From assembly GCA_051530055.1 (NCBI GenBank), contig CM121341.1, forward strand, positions 4,256,784 to 4,320,783: 64,000 nt of DNA, read 5' to 3'. The DNA comes from Neoechinorhynchus agilis (Eukaryota > Animalia > Acanthocephala). Of the stretch, positions 45,366 through 55,799 are shown one piece after another. Position 1 is the first letter of the stretch; each line of letters opens with the position of its first letter. A program made the position numbers and the translations under genes. The notes under the pieces were generated by a model that was not told where the DNA came from, searched no databases, and was given only the letters and a program-made list of their open reading frames with translations.

Positions 45366-47950
45366 GTGTTTACGACGTTAGATAGTAGATCGGTGGAAGG
45401 TAATGCTACATGTTTAAAGGAAGAAGAGATGGTCAACAAGGTTGAGGGTAAGATAGTCTATAAGGCTGAAGATGCGCTTAAAAGAGCTCTCTCGATTGCT
45501 AGAATAGAAGCCGCAAAACAGAATTTAGGGCCTTTAAAAAAAGAATAATTTTAAATACCAATAGATAGTGTTTGTTTTGTAACATGCAATATTGGGAAAT
45601 CCAATAAAATATTTGAAGTTGAGGATTTTTTGAGAAATCAACGGGATTTCTATGCTTGTTTTTTACAAGAGACCGGACCATCACCGTCATTTTATCCTTC
45701 GGAATTTGATTGTTTGCTTACACAACCAGTTCGTTCATCTAGGACGAATTACTCTGGTGGTCTACAATCCTTCCACAGGAAAGATATTTGCCCTAAATTA
45801 TTATCCTTTTCTTAACAATAACGATTATGGAGGACCATACAAAATTGTATGGGTAATTTCTTACCGTAATCAAAAATGTAAAATTAATAAATCAATGGAG
45901 GTAGTCGGGGATCTTAGATATTTGGAAGCCTGATATAATTACCGGAGATTCTAATAATAATTTCTTAAATGCATTTAGAGGTTTATTTAAGGGTAATTAT
46001 ATTATTATTCTACCTAAGGAACCCTCGTTCCACAATTGGTCAAGAGGACTACACTCATTCTTAGATGGAGCAATCATCCAAAACGCCTTAATATCTTATT
46101 CTCCCTTGAAATTCAAATGAGGATGCGTTGGCAATCGGGACATAATGTGTTATTTTTTACTAGCTTTGGCCGAAACTCTCAAAAGACCTATAATATCAAT
46201 AACAAATCAATTACTTTGTTCAATAATGTGCCTAACGAAAAGATTCCACGAATTGTTAAACGTGTTGAAGTCCTTACTTGAGTTTAATCGGTTGTGTTGT
46301 TTGGCTCCTGAATTGACTTTAAAGGAGACCAAGAGGTTAGTGGTAAATCAGCCCGATCGTACGTTTAATTATCTTATTAAATTAGAAATATTCGCCAAAG
46401 AAAATGGGTATGATCACATTGCGAAAAATTTTAAATAGAATTATTTTTCCTCACTTTACTGGAGAGAGTTGAATAGGGAGAAAATTCTTTTAAATCGTTC
46501 AATTTATTCAAAGAGATGGTGGAATATTATTTTAAATAAAAAAATTGGTTGATTGGAAGTCAAAAGCTGAGGCATGGATAAGGAGTTCCTCGTTTCCACA
46601 AGTCGTTAGATCTATTTTAGACTTCCATATTGGCGAGATTCGCCCGACCAATCAATTTCAATGACAACCATGAGGATTCCGATTTTTTCCCTACTTTAAA
46701 CGATTTTATAAGAGCTCTTGGGCGCATAATACTTTCTCACTCCCACTTACTATTTTTAAACTGCTAAACGACCAAAATAAAACTAAATTATGCGAGAGCT
46801 TAGTTTTTAACTTGCGAATTCATCAAATAGCGGAAATTAACAAGGTTAAGCGTATTTTTATTCCTAAAAATAATGTTAAGAAGATAACTCAACCTAAAGA
46901 GCTTAGACCAATTTCGATTCAAGACCCCTTAATTTCCGTGTTGGAAAGGGCCATTGCCAGTAAGATCGTAGAATTTCTTAAACATAATCATTTGATTCCT
47001 AGTTTGATACACGGGTCTATTCGTGGCAGATACGTTCATACGCCAATGGAACAGCTCGTGTTTTTTCTAGGGCTAGACAACATTCTGTGAATGTGCTCTT
47101 ACAAATAGACATTTCGAAGGCGTTTGATGAAATCGATCACTCTTAAATTTACAAGGCCATGAGATTTTATAAAATTCCTAGGAAATTATTTTATCATGTA
47201 ATGATACTTTTAGAAACCAAAGGGGCCTTCTTTGAGCTTGATAAGGATAGAATAATCTTTTAACCGTGTGCATGGAGTTCCTCAAGGCTCGCCACTCTCG
47301 CCTATTTTATTCATGATTTACATGGCTATTTTATTTAAAACTTTAGATTGAAACCTACGTCAGAAATCCTAATAAATGCTGATGATATTTCCTTTTTTAC
47401 CACTAAAAGGTTGTCTGGCGAAAAACGAAAAACTTCTACAGAAGGCTCATCTTTCTGTCAATTTTCAAAATTGTTTTATTATTAAGCAACGAATTCGAAA
47501 AGCACCGAACTTTTATCTAGTTTAAGCGAGATGCTTAAAGTGGTCAAAAACAACAAATTGCCCGGATTACAAGTTTCATTGTTGACATATCCTAGATTTG
47601 AATTAGGAAACGATTAGGTTTGAATTTATGGAGAATATTGCTAAAAGAGTCTTATTTCTAGTACTATCTTTTTTTAAAAGAGGAAGAGCGCCGGAGCAAA
47701 GATTTGCAATGTTTTATAAATTTATGAATTATATCAAAAAAATTAAATTTTTATCCCGTGAATCTATGAATTTTCCTTTCTTTTTATCAAAAGTTTGGTT
47801 TTATAATTGTAGATTTAAGTTTGCTAAAAAAATTTCAATTCATAAGATCAGTTGTGTTTGGTGTATCAGAAAGGTAAGTCTGACAAAACGCTTACTCATC
47901 AAATACTTTTGCAGGACAGTGTAAAATAGAATATGGATAGTTAACTTATA

Positions 47951-50700
47951 TTATTCTGAATTGTCCTTCACCGTCCCCAAGACACTCGCTGCGTTTCCTC
48001 GCTGGATAGCTAAGGATATGTTCTGTACTAGGAACGAGCGAGCCCTCCTGTCATTGGTCGAGTTGATCAGTCGATGCCCCAGTTCGAGAACAAAACTCCT
48101 CGCCGCACGTTTGAAAGCTCCTAAGGTTTCCACTGCGAAGGGGACAAAATGATAAGAATTTGTAAAATCGGCGTATTTTGCAACCTTACGAAGCTCAGCT
48201 GCTGATGCGGCTCCCCCAGCCCCGGAGGATGCATCTCGCAGATTGCTGGCAGCAAGGGAGTCGACGCATGTTGCGTCCCATATTAGACATCTGCCCCTGC
48301 TCCAAGGAAAAACGGTAACTCCATCCGGCCTACGGCCATCGATCCTGCAGATGTTGCTAGGCTCGAGGATATTCGGAGAGTTAGCCGTTTTCAAAGCGCG
48401 GCTCAGCAATGCGTTTATTTCGGTGTGTCTAGCAAAACGGCCACTTGAGCGTTTACAGGCTAATCCGTGCCTGCCCGAGGGGTCGACTTCCGTCCCGCAT
48501 CGGCAGGTGTGAGGGATACAAACCGGGAGCCCGAGCCTTAGGGACACTGCGATTCTGAGAGCCTCGCCGTCTAATCTCGAACCGATATTTGCTGATGGTA
48601 CAGCTTTCAACCAGGCGCCGGACTCTTTGCAGGAAACTGCAGTTAATCGCGTTCTATCCACGTCGGAGAGCGAGTCAAAAAGTGAGGTGTGAACACGCTC
48701 CACTAACGGAATGTCCCACGATTTCTGTTTTTCCGGGAGGTCTGGAATCTTGTCGAGGTTAGACAGGGACATCCAAAGATGAAGAGCGGGCTCCAGGCTG
48801 ATGTCCTCCTCAAAATTATGTTTCAAAATCAATCTGGAAAGGCGCTTGGACCTACTAAGAGACGATAGAAAGGCTGGAAGCGCAATGGCTGAGCTGGCAC
48901 GAATACCGATCCCTCCGTAGCTTGTGGGCAAAGATGCCTGGGTCCAGCCAGTGTCGGGGAGCTTAATATTAAGGATCTTGCATAGACCATCCCTTAAAGA
49001 ACCATCAATCTCTCTCAATTCGGGCTGACATTGAAAGGAAGGGGTTGACCGCAGTTTATGGAGGATGCGTGGAATGAAGATGCAATTTTTTAAAAGGAAG
49101 AGAGCATCGTGAGGGAAAAGTTCAGAGGCCCTTGAACAGATGAGATCAATGGAAGGTCTGATTTTCCTGATATCAGCCTGCATATTCTCCTCGAGAACGC
49201 AGCTTCCCAGCAGTTCTAAGCTGGACTTGGTGATAAGTCGGATATTAGGTGCGGCCTTTTCAAACTCTCTCAAAATTTGTGCGCGTTCCTCGTCCCCACA
49301 ATTCAAAACCAAAATTTCGCACTTGCCTAGGTTCAGTTTGAGGCCAATTTTTTTACATTCTTCTAAAAGAACCGTTATATCTTGTAGGACTTCAGACGGG
49401 GAACCTCCTAGAGTAGCGTCATCCAGATACCAGGCGTTGAATGGTGATCGAAGAGATTGCGCCAGATTGTTTGTCGTCAGAGCAAAACCTAAAGGCCCCA
49501 GAGGGTCCCCTTGCTGCACACCCGATTGAGACCAGATTAGTTCATTATTATATACGAGCGAGGTGTGAGAGCAATATGCTGACTGAAAGTAGGGGAGAAG
49601 CTCTGGAATAGTGTTTCCGACTGCTGAGATTAAGATGCCTCGATCAATAGTGTTGAAGGCATTTGCGAAATCGCACTTCAGGATTAAAAGAACGCAGCGC
49701 GTGGACTATAGCCTCTGCTCCACAAGGAGAGCAACATCCGAGCTGGACGGGCCTAAGGATCTGGCCTGCTTTTTCCGCGACCCTTTTTGACAGAATCTTT
49801 CCGGTGAGACGGCGAAGGGTAGTTCCGATTGCTATGGGACGAATCCCACCGTCCTTCTTATTAAGGGCACACAGGGAAGCCGAAAACATGAAGTGTATTC
49901 CAGTGGCATTCGTGTCGCCTCGAGCGATGAGGTTCACTATAGTGGTCAAAGCCTTGGCGACTTTTTCCGCAGCGCAATGCGCTCCCCCCGAGATTAAGTC
50001 CTTTAGATGTTGGGGTCTGAGCCCGTCTAGACCGTGACTTGAACCGCCGGCGAATGAGGAGAGGGCCCTTTTCATTTCGACCACATCTATCGGTTTGAGA
50101 TCTATCGGTGAAGGGGAATGTGAGCTAGGAGGTGGTGGTACGGCTGAAGGTGGGTGTTTTTCCCGCAAAGCGTTCAAAGTGGTAATTGTGTCCCCCGCAA
50201 AAGTATCCGTTGATGAGAGAAGGCGCACGGCTCCACGGATGTCGCCGTCGGATAACTTGGCCGATACGCGTTCTCCTAAGCGTCTAGATGAAAAACGACG
50301 AGGACCTTCAGATTTCGTCGAAAGGGATGTTGGATCCTCGGCAGATTTGAGCACAGCGAGGAAATTATCAGGGAAGTTGACGACTCTGGACTTGACAATT
50401 GATGTCAAGGATTCCTCTGAGGACTCACCGGCGAATAATACGAGTCGAGGGAAGACGTAGCATCGATGCCGGAAGAAGTAGGTTCGCAAAAAGACATTCT
50501 CCAGTACGAGCGTTAGTGAGTTTGTGTGTGTCCTATGGATTGTTTTGGGTTGAATAATTGCTTGTAAGTTTTGCTTTCGGGGTTGACAATTCAGTTTATT
50601 GTCTTTCGTTATTTGCAAGTTTTTTCAACTGCGATCAATGAACGTCCGTCCAATGGCTTTCTGCTTGTAAGTTACGCAAGCGGTACTCTCACGTTTTGAA
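47951..50700 (-). mobile_element. Near-intact CRE-clade non-LTR retrotransposon (RT + CCHC + restriction-like endonuclease); frameshifting deletion near 49690
   Basis: ALNKKDGGIRPIAIG..RRL, QLG..GAEAIVHA, DFANAFN, GVQQGDPLGP, WYLDD; CRCG..GRHGLAC, RHTEIN, DGRRPDG, WDATC, ELRKVAKY, PFAVETLG. Confidence 0.93.
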
Positions 50701-51639
50701 TTGTTTGCGGCCTTTTTGGTTTCCCCTTTTTTAATTTTTTACTTTTTCAATCCAGCTACAGGTCTCGGCTATTTTTGTTTGCTGCATTTCCGAGATAGAT
50801 TTTATCTTCGGAAACTTTAATGATCCAGAAATGGCTGCGTGCAGTAATAAGGGCAACCGATTCCATTGACATTATTTCCTCACCTTTCAGTCGCCATTCT
50901 TTTTGTCCTATTTGGAACTATGCTTATGGAGGAGGAGATGTGCAATTAGACCACTCGATGTCTCCCAGAGATCCCTTTTCCGAAGAGCTGGCCACGATGG
51001 TATCGTGTGGAGTTTTGATTAAAATCTCCTAAACTATTATTCCCAAACGTTCATCTTTTTTAATACGGCTTTAAAATTATTTTTTACCAGCAACAGGAAT
51101 GCTACACTTTGTGAGATAAACAATTTTTAATTTCTGCCATTAGTGACTTCCAAACTAAAGCAAATTAATTGCTTCGATGAAACCCCGCGTGCTCTTTGCC
51201 TTTACGGGAGGAATTAAATTCTGGTCAGCATTATAGTGGCCTTGTAGAGCTCGTTTCCAACTGAACGAGGATAGAGGTAGGATCAAATCATTCCTTCAAA
51301 AATCTTCTCAACGGTGGCGCGTTGTCCATAAAATTGGCAGCAAGCGGCTGAATCATGGATTAAAACCTGAGGCCTCAACAAAGTGGGGAAAACTCTTTGT
51401 GGCTTTCATTCTGAAGAATGCTTACCCGCATTATATGCAGTTTTCTTACCTGTCAAACCAAGACGCCATGATCTTTAAGCCTCTGATATTGTTCAATGGG
51501 AGAGATCAAGAGATAAAATTTCCGATAAGTGCTCATCAATATGCTCGAAATCCACGAATGTACTCGACAAGGTCAATGTGGCCGACACCGCTAAAGTTAT
51601 GGTCATATTGCTCATATGAACCTCTCGAAGCGTATTTTT

Positions 51640-52600
51640 CTCAGCAAAAACGAAGGAGAAAAGGTTGTAGCCGGTGGAGATGTTCGTCCCATATCCACTC
51701 AGAACTCGCTGGTTCAAACTTCGAACGATCACTAGCTAAAGCGTTTTTTACTTTTTGCCTCAAATAATGACTGCATTGAGCGCAGATGCCATCATTTTTT
51801 ACCCCATAAATCCGTTCAGACGGCTTTGTCTGAAATTATCACTAATTTTAATTCGAATCAGAAGTCAATGAACATTTTAATTTCCTTCGATATCTCTAAG
51901 GCTTTTGATAATATTGATATCGCTTTTATAATATAGATCCTTCGTTATTTTCACTTCCCTAATAAACTAGTTGCACGAGTGCACAACACTATGAAGTCTA
52001 AGCAATTTTTTTATCAAGATGACACATCTCACAAGATTTATCATCAAACAAAAGGAGTTCCGCAAGTGTCCCCACTCTCACTCATCCTCTTCTGATTGGC
52101 TTCCCAGTTTCTGCTTAAGAACGGCAGTCTGCAATGAATTGACCCTATATGCAGACGATTTCAATGCGGTGATCAAGGAAACGAACTACCTGGCAGCTAT
52201 AAAGAAACTCTCAGATTTACTGTCATGTCTTAATTCTATTCTCCTTCAGATGGGTCTGTCACTCAACCCTTTAAGGACGAAATTTATTTCAAAACCTTAG
52301 TCGATTTTTGATAAACAACGTGCTCGCGAATTTTATAAACAATTTCTTAATCTGACCTCGTCGTCAGTTTCTAATAAGATCACAATCTTGGGATACACCC
52401 TACGACCTCCGCAAATTCAAAAAACTCTTACCTGTCGCTAAGCTTAAATCCAGAAGAGCATTTTAACTTGGACTCGGCTCTCATGATACCAGAAACATTT
52501 GGAACTCTTGAGCAATCTCGGGCCTAGTTTTTTACTCTATAGGATGACCCCCGAATAACGATTAAAGTACATTAGCACTTTTCAAGAGATTGAGCAAACT
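51640..52600 (+). mobile_element. Decayed RT, third copy of the unclassified family
   Basis: RPISTQNSLVQTFERSLAK, FLPHKSVQTAL, FDISKAFD, KGVPQ, LYADDF, LSLNPLRTK, LVFYSIG*PP. Confidence 0.7.
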
Positions 52601-52744
52601 CCCTTACTCCTGGAAAGAAGCGCTTAAACGGACAGCGGTGATATAACTTTATTACTTTCGAATTATAATTATTCCTACACATAAATTATGTCGGTTAATT
52701 ATCCAATGTCTTCCTTCGAATGAATCTTATGTATGTGATTTTGG

Positions 52745-52930
52745 ATGAATCACAAGGCTAATGATCGTGGACTTGGATATTTCCTAAAATCAGACAATGC
52801 GACTCCTCCAACTCGAGGTAGTCGCGATTCTGTGGGTTTGGATATTTACTCAGCTGAAGATGCGACAATTGAAGCCGGTGGGCGTCTTTAAATAAAAGCG
52901 GATATCGTTGTCTGCATTCCGGACGGCACC
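52745..52930 (+). pseudogene. DUT: dUTPase N-terminal fragment with internal stop, truncated by palindrome copy 2
   Basis: Frame not in the ORF track: MNHK..LKSDNATPPTRGSRDSVGLDIYSAEDATIEAGGRL*IKADIVVCIPDGT matches dUTPase motif 1 (xPTRGS..AGxDLYSA). Confidence 0.8.
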
Positions 52931-52992
52931 CGAATTCCACTAATCATAAAACGAGCACATTTATTTCTTAAGCTTAAAATTAACCAAAGCGT

Positions 52993-53430
52993 TCAATTGA
53001 GACAAGTACACACCACCATTCCAGTTTCGTCAAACTTTCCAGTCAGTTTCTTGGTTGCAATGAGTTCTTCAATGAGTCTTTTTGTTTCCTCGACGGACGT
53101 CTGCATTGCGTTAGCGACGATTTCAATTGACACTTTGTGATGTATTCCAAAGTATCGTTCCAAGAATACTCTTTTGGCACTGTCCACGAAATCTTTCAGT
53201 TTTGGTGCCAGTGTTTCGTCCGACTTTATGAATTCGACTGATTCAGCCAAGTATTTACCAGCTTCTTTAAAATCGAATTGAACAAATATACAAATGAATA
53301 GGTGATGGATGGGATCGTTATTGGATGCGATCCTTCGTTGCTTGTAGTGATAAAATTCCGCTACTGTGTTGATAAGATCAAAATTCTGACCACATTGAAT
53401 CATTGCATCGATTGCGTATTCGACAGTCAT
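52993..53430 (-). CDS. EIF3E: Truncated eIF3e-like PCI-domain protein, 145 aa
   Basis: Intact ORF MTVEY...VCTCLN. Confidence 0.75.
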   Translation of the reverse strand: MTVEYAIDAMIQCGQNFDLINTVAEFYHYKQRRIASNNDPIHHLFICIFVQFDFKEAGKYLAESVEFIKSDETLAPKLKDFVDSAKRVFLERYFGIHHKVSIEIVANAMQTSVEETKRLIEELIATKKLTGKFDETGMVVCTCLN

Positions 53431-53685
53431 TTTTGGACAGAACTGATAGTGATTGAGAGTAAAAGTTTGAACCGAGAGTTGACTTATATACTGGGTTTCG
53501 TTAGTCTTCGCAGCCAATCAGAGTTCAGGATTTCCCTTGTTGGGTTGCACATTGCCAAAAACCGGATATTCCCACCAATACCCGCAGCGATGCCATGCCT
53601 GCAAATTAAAAAATTCGCTGCGGGTATTGGTGGGAATTTCCGGTTTTTGGCAATGTGCAACCCAACAAGGGAAATCCTGAACTCT

Positions 53686-53726
53686 GATTGGCTGCGAAGA
53701 CTAACGAAACCCAGTATATATATAAG
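53686..53726 (+). promoter_or_regulatory. Candidate core promoter (reverse CCAAT + TATA) of the PCI gene, mirrored on each palindrome arm
   Basis: GATTGG at 53686-53691 and TATATATATAAG at 53715-53726, ~55 nt before the ATG at 53779; AATAAA at 54243-54248 after the stop. Confidence 0.55.
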
Positions 53727-53778
53727 TCGACTTTCGGTTCAAACTTTTACTCTCAATCACTATCAGTTCTGTCCAAAA

Positions 53779-54216
53779 ATGACTGTCGAATACGCAATCG
53801 ATGCAATGATTCAATGTGGTAAGAATTTTAGCCTAATCAACACGATAGCAGACTTTTATCACCATCAGCAACGAAGGATCGCATTTAGAAACGATCCCAT
53901 CCATCATTTTTTCATTTGTATATTTGTTCAATTCGATTTTAAAGAAGCTGGTAAATATTTAGCAGAATCAGTCGAATTTATAAAGTCGGACGAAACGCTG
54001 GAACCAAAACTCAAAGATTTCGTGGACAATGCAAAAAGAGTTTTTTTGGAAAGATACTTTAGAATACATCACAAAGTGTCAATTGAAATCGTCGCCAACG
54101 CAATGCAGACGTCCGTAGAGGAAACAAAAAGCCTCATAGAAGAACTCATTGCAAACAAACAACTGACTGGAAAGTTTGACGAAACTGGAATGGTGGTGTG
54201 TACTGGTCTCAATTGA
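53779..54216 (+). CDS. EIF3E: Truncated eIF3e-like PCI-domain protein, 145 aa
   Basis: Intact ORF MTVEY...VCTGLN (C-terminal part of the 304-aa ORF in the track). Confidence 0.75.
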   Translation: MTVEYAIDAMIQCGKNFSLINTIADFYHHQQRRIAFRNDPIHHFFICIFVQFDFKEAGKYLAESVEFIKSDETLEPKLKDFVDNAKRVFLERYFRIHHKVSIEIVANAMQTSVEETKSLIEELIANKQLTGKFDETGMVVCTGLN

Positions 54217-54489
54217 ACGCTTTGGTTAGTTTTAAGCTTAAGAAATAAATGTGCTCGTTTTATAATTAGTGAAATTTGGGTGTCTTAATAAAAAAAAACA
54301 TGCATTAAAATTAATTCATAGAAATCGAAAAGCAAATTCCAAGTGATTGTGTTAACATAAAAAAATTACCTCTTGTAAAAATAAAAGAAATATGATTTAT
54401 GCAATAGAAAATGAATAAAATATAATGTCAAACTTTTCCATTATTAATCAAATTCAATCTATTAGCTGAAATGAAATCATTCACACCAC

Positions 54490-54720
54490 CGCTCTGGATC
54501 ACTCACTCAGTTGCGTCCTGGTGTAAGGGTCGAATGGACGGATGCAGCGTTCCTTCCCGTTGCACAGCCAGGCTTTTGTTTTGGAAGAGGAATGCTCCTG
54601 CGCTCGGATCGCCGATGATTCGTCCATGTTTCTTGGATAATTGGTGCTGTGCCGCGGTACCAAACGACCCGAGTTTCTCGATGCCAAAAAGAACGAAATA
54701 ATCATTTTCACCCGAGTTCC
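54490..54720 (-). mobile_element. Inverted CRE 3' end (RLE tail) on the right flank of palindrome 2
   Basis: Reverse complement of the 37832-38075 / 60541-60780 sequence. Confidence 0.8.
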
Positions 54721-55069
54721 TTCATCGACGACACCGATGCTGTCCGCTCGCTTCGCTCGGGGACGGACGTTCCTCGCTTCGCTCGGAACCTGGATGCTAG
54801 ACCACCATATGAAGACGGAAACTTGGCCGCCCAAAACGAGCCAAGTGAAGAGAACAACGTCAATGTGATTGTTTCAAATTGATCCTACGACCGAGCTTCT
54901 CAACAGGACTCTGTTAGATTTGTGATTGGATTTTCTCCCTGATGAAAACAGGAGTTCTTAAGATCCATGGACCCCTTAATTCACGATGCTGCGGTTCCGG
55001 TTCACCCAAACAAATCCATTGATGGTGTGCGCCAAAATCCTATAACGACATCACCAATACGAAATGAAA

Positions 55070-55690
55070 TTCCATTTGTAGAGAATATTGTGAGCGCGTC
55101 CTGCCCAAGGATGTTCTGAAAAGAATCCCAAGGGCCGCGCGATATCAGGCCGCAAAGAGATTCATCTCTCGATTGACAGACTGCATCGAGATTAAATCAG
55201 AGTTTTCGCTGTTGCGTATCTTTGTTTTCCCTAGACTGGTGCTTTCCGCTGGTGATGTTTCCAAGGGTTCTCTGACCACAAAAATAAAAGAGCGAATAAG
55301 TTTTGTTGGCGAAAATTTGACTCAATGCCTTCGACAGCATGCGAGCTACGTGGGGAGTGTGTCCAGGAGCGTTACCATCGCTGAAACTCAAATCGGTCGC
55401 TTGCTGGCGCGTTTCTTATAAGCTCGCGGACGTAGATGTCAGAGGAGCAGTTCATCTATGATCATCAATGGACAGTCTCGCCAAAGGTAATGAAGAAACG
55501 TTATGAACTCTTCGTTCCAAACATCTCCGTGACGGTTGTCGGCAGTATTTCGAAGTATTATCGTCCTTCGATATGATCCCTTATGTTTTATCATCGAAAT
55601 CAGAATTGAAGATGGCAGTCTTCTCTTTTGCTAACAGATTAGCTCACGAGCTTCACGGGCTCCGGCCCTAACGCCTAAAGGATATGACTT
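55070..55690 (+). mobile_element. Degenerate CRE-clade N-terminal region
   Basis: FVFPRLVLSAGDVSKGSLTTKIKER parallels YVFPRLVLFAGESSEESLTSIVKSR of the 47951-50700 element; duplicated at 63110-63733. Confidence 0.65.
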
Positions 55691-55799
55691 CCTCTCTTCG
55701 TCAACGTCCTCTCTTCGTGTCAACGTTCTCTCCCTCGTCAAACACCTCTACGTACATCAAATCGATTATCGGCGTATTTAGAAACTTACAAGCAATACG

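Larger units (their letters stand above)
43600..47900 (+). mobile_element. Decayed LINE with zinc-knuckle ORF1, APE remnant and RT (I/Jockey-like ORF1; RT related to 42250-43350 and 51640-52600); boundaries approximate
   Basis: ORF1 CTHCSREHLSNQC...NCGMNHKAYDPRC; APE FLQET; RT RIFIPK..LRPISIQD..LERAI, IDISKAFD, GVPQGSPLSP, ADDISF; C-terminal LSFFKRGRAPEQR. Confidence 0.65.
52927..54284. repeat. Palindrome copy 2; 24-nt spacer 53591-53614 (flipped relative to copies 1 and 3)
   Basis: Arms are reverse complements; spacer tgccatgcctgcaaattaaaaaat. Confidence 0.93.

Noticed and set aside
47900-47960. snRNA, spliced-leader or telomeric target site at CRE 3' junctions
   Set aside because: No recognisable U2/SL sequence or telomeric repeat at this or the other CRE ends, judged by eye.
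53302-54216. 304-aa ORF (and 228-aa ORF 61046-61732) read across the palindrome centre as longer proteins
   Set aside because: The N-terminal part is the antisense of the other arm plus promoter sequence. Continuity depends on a 4-nt TATA length variant and lies upstream of the likely TSS; the shared start is MTVEY.
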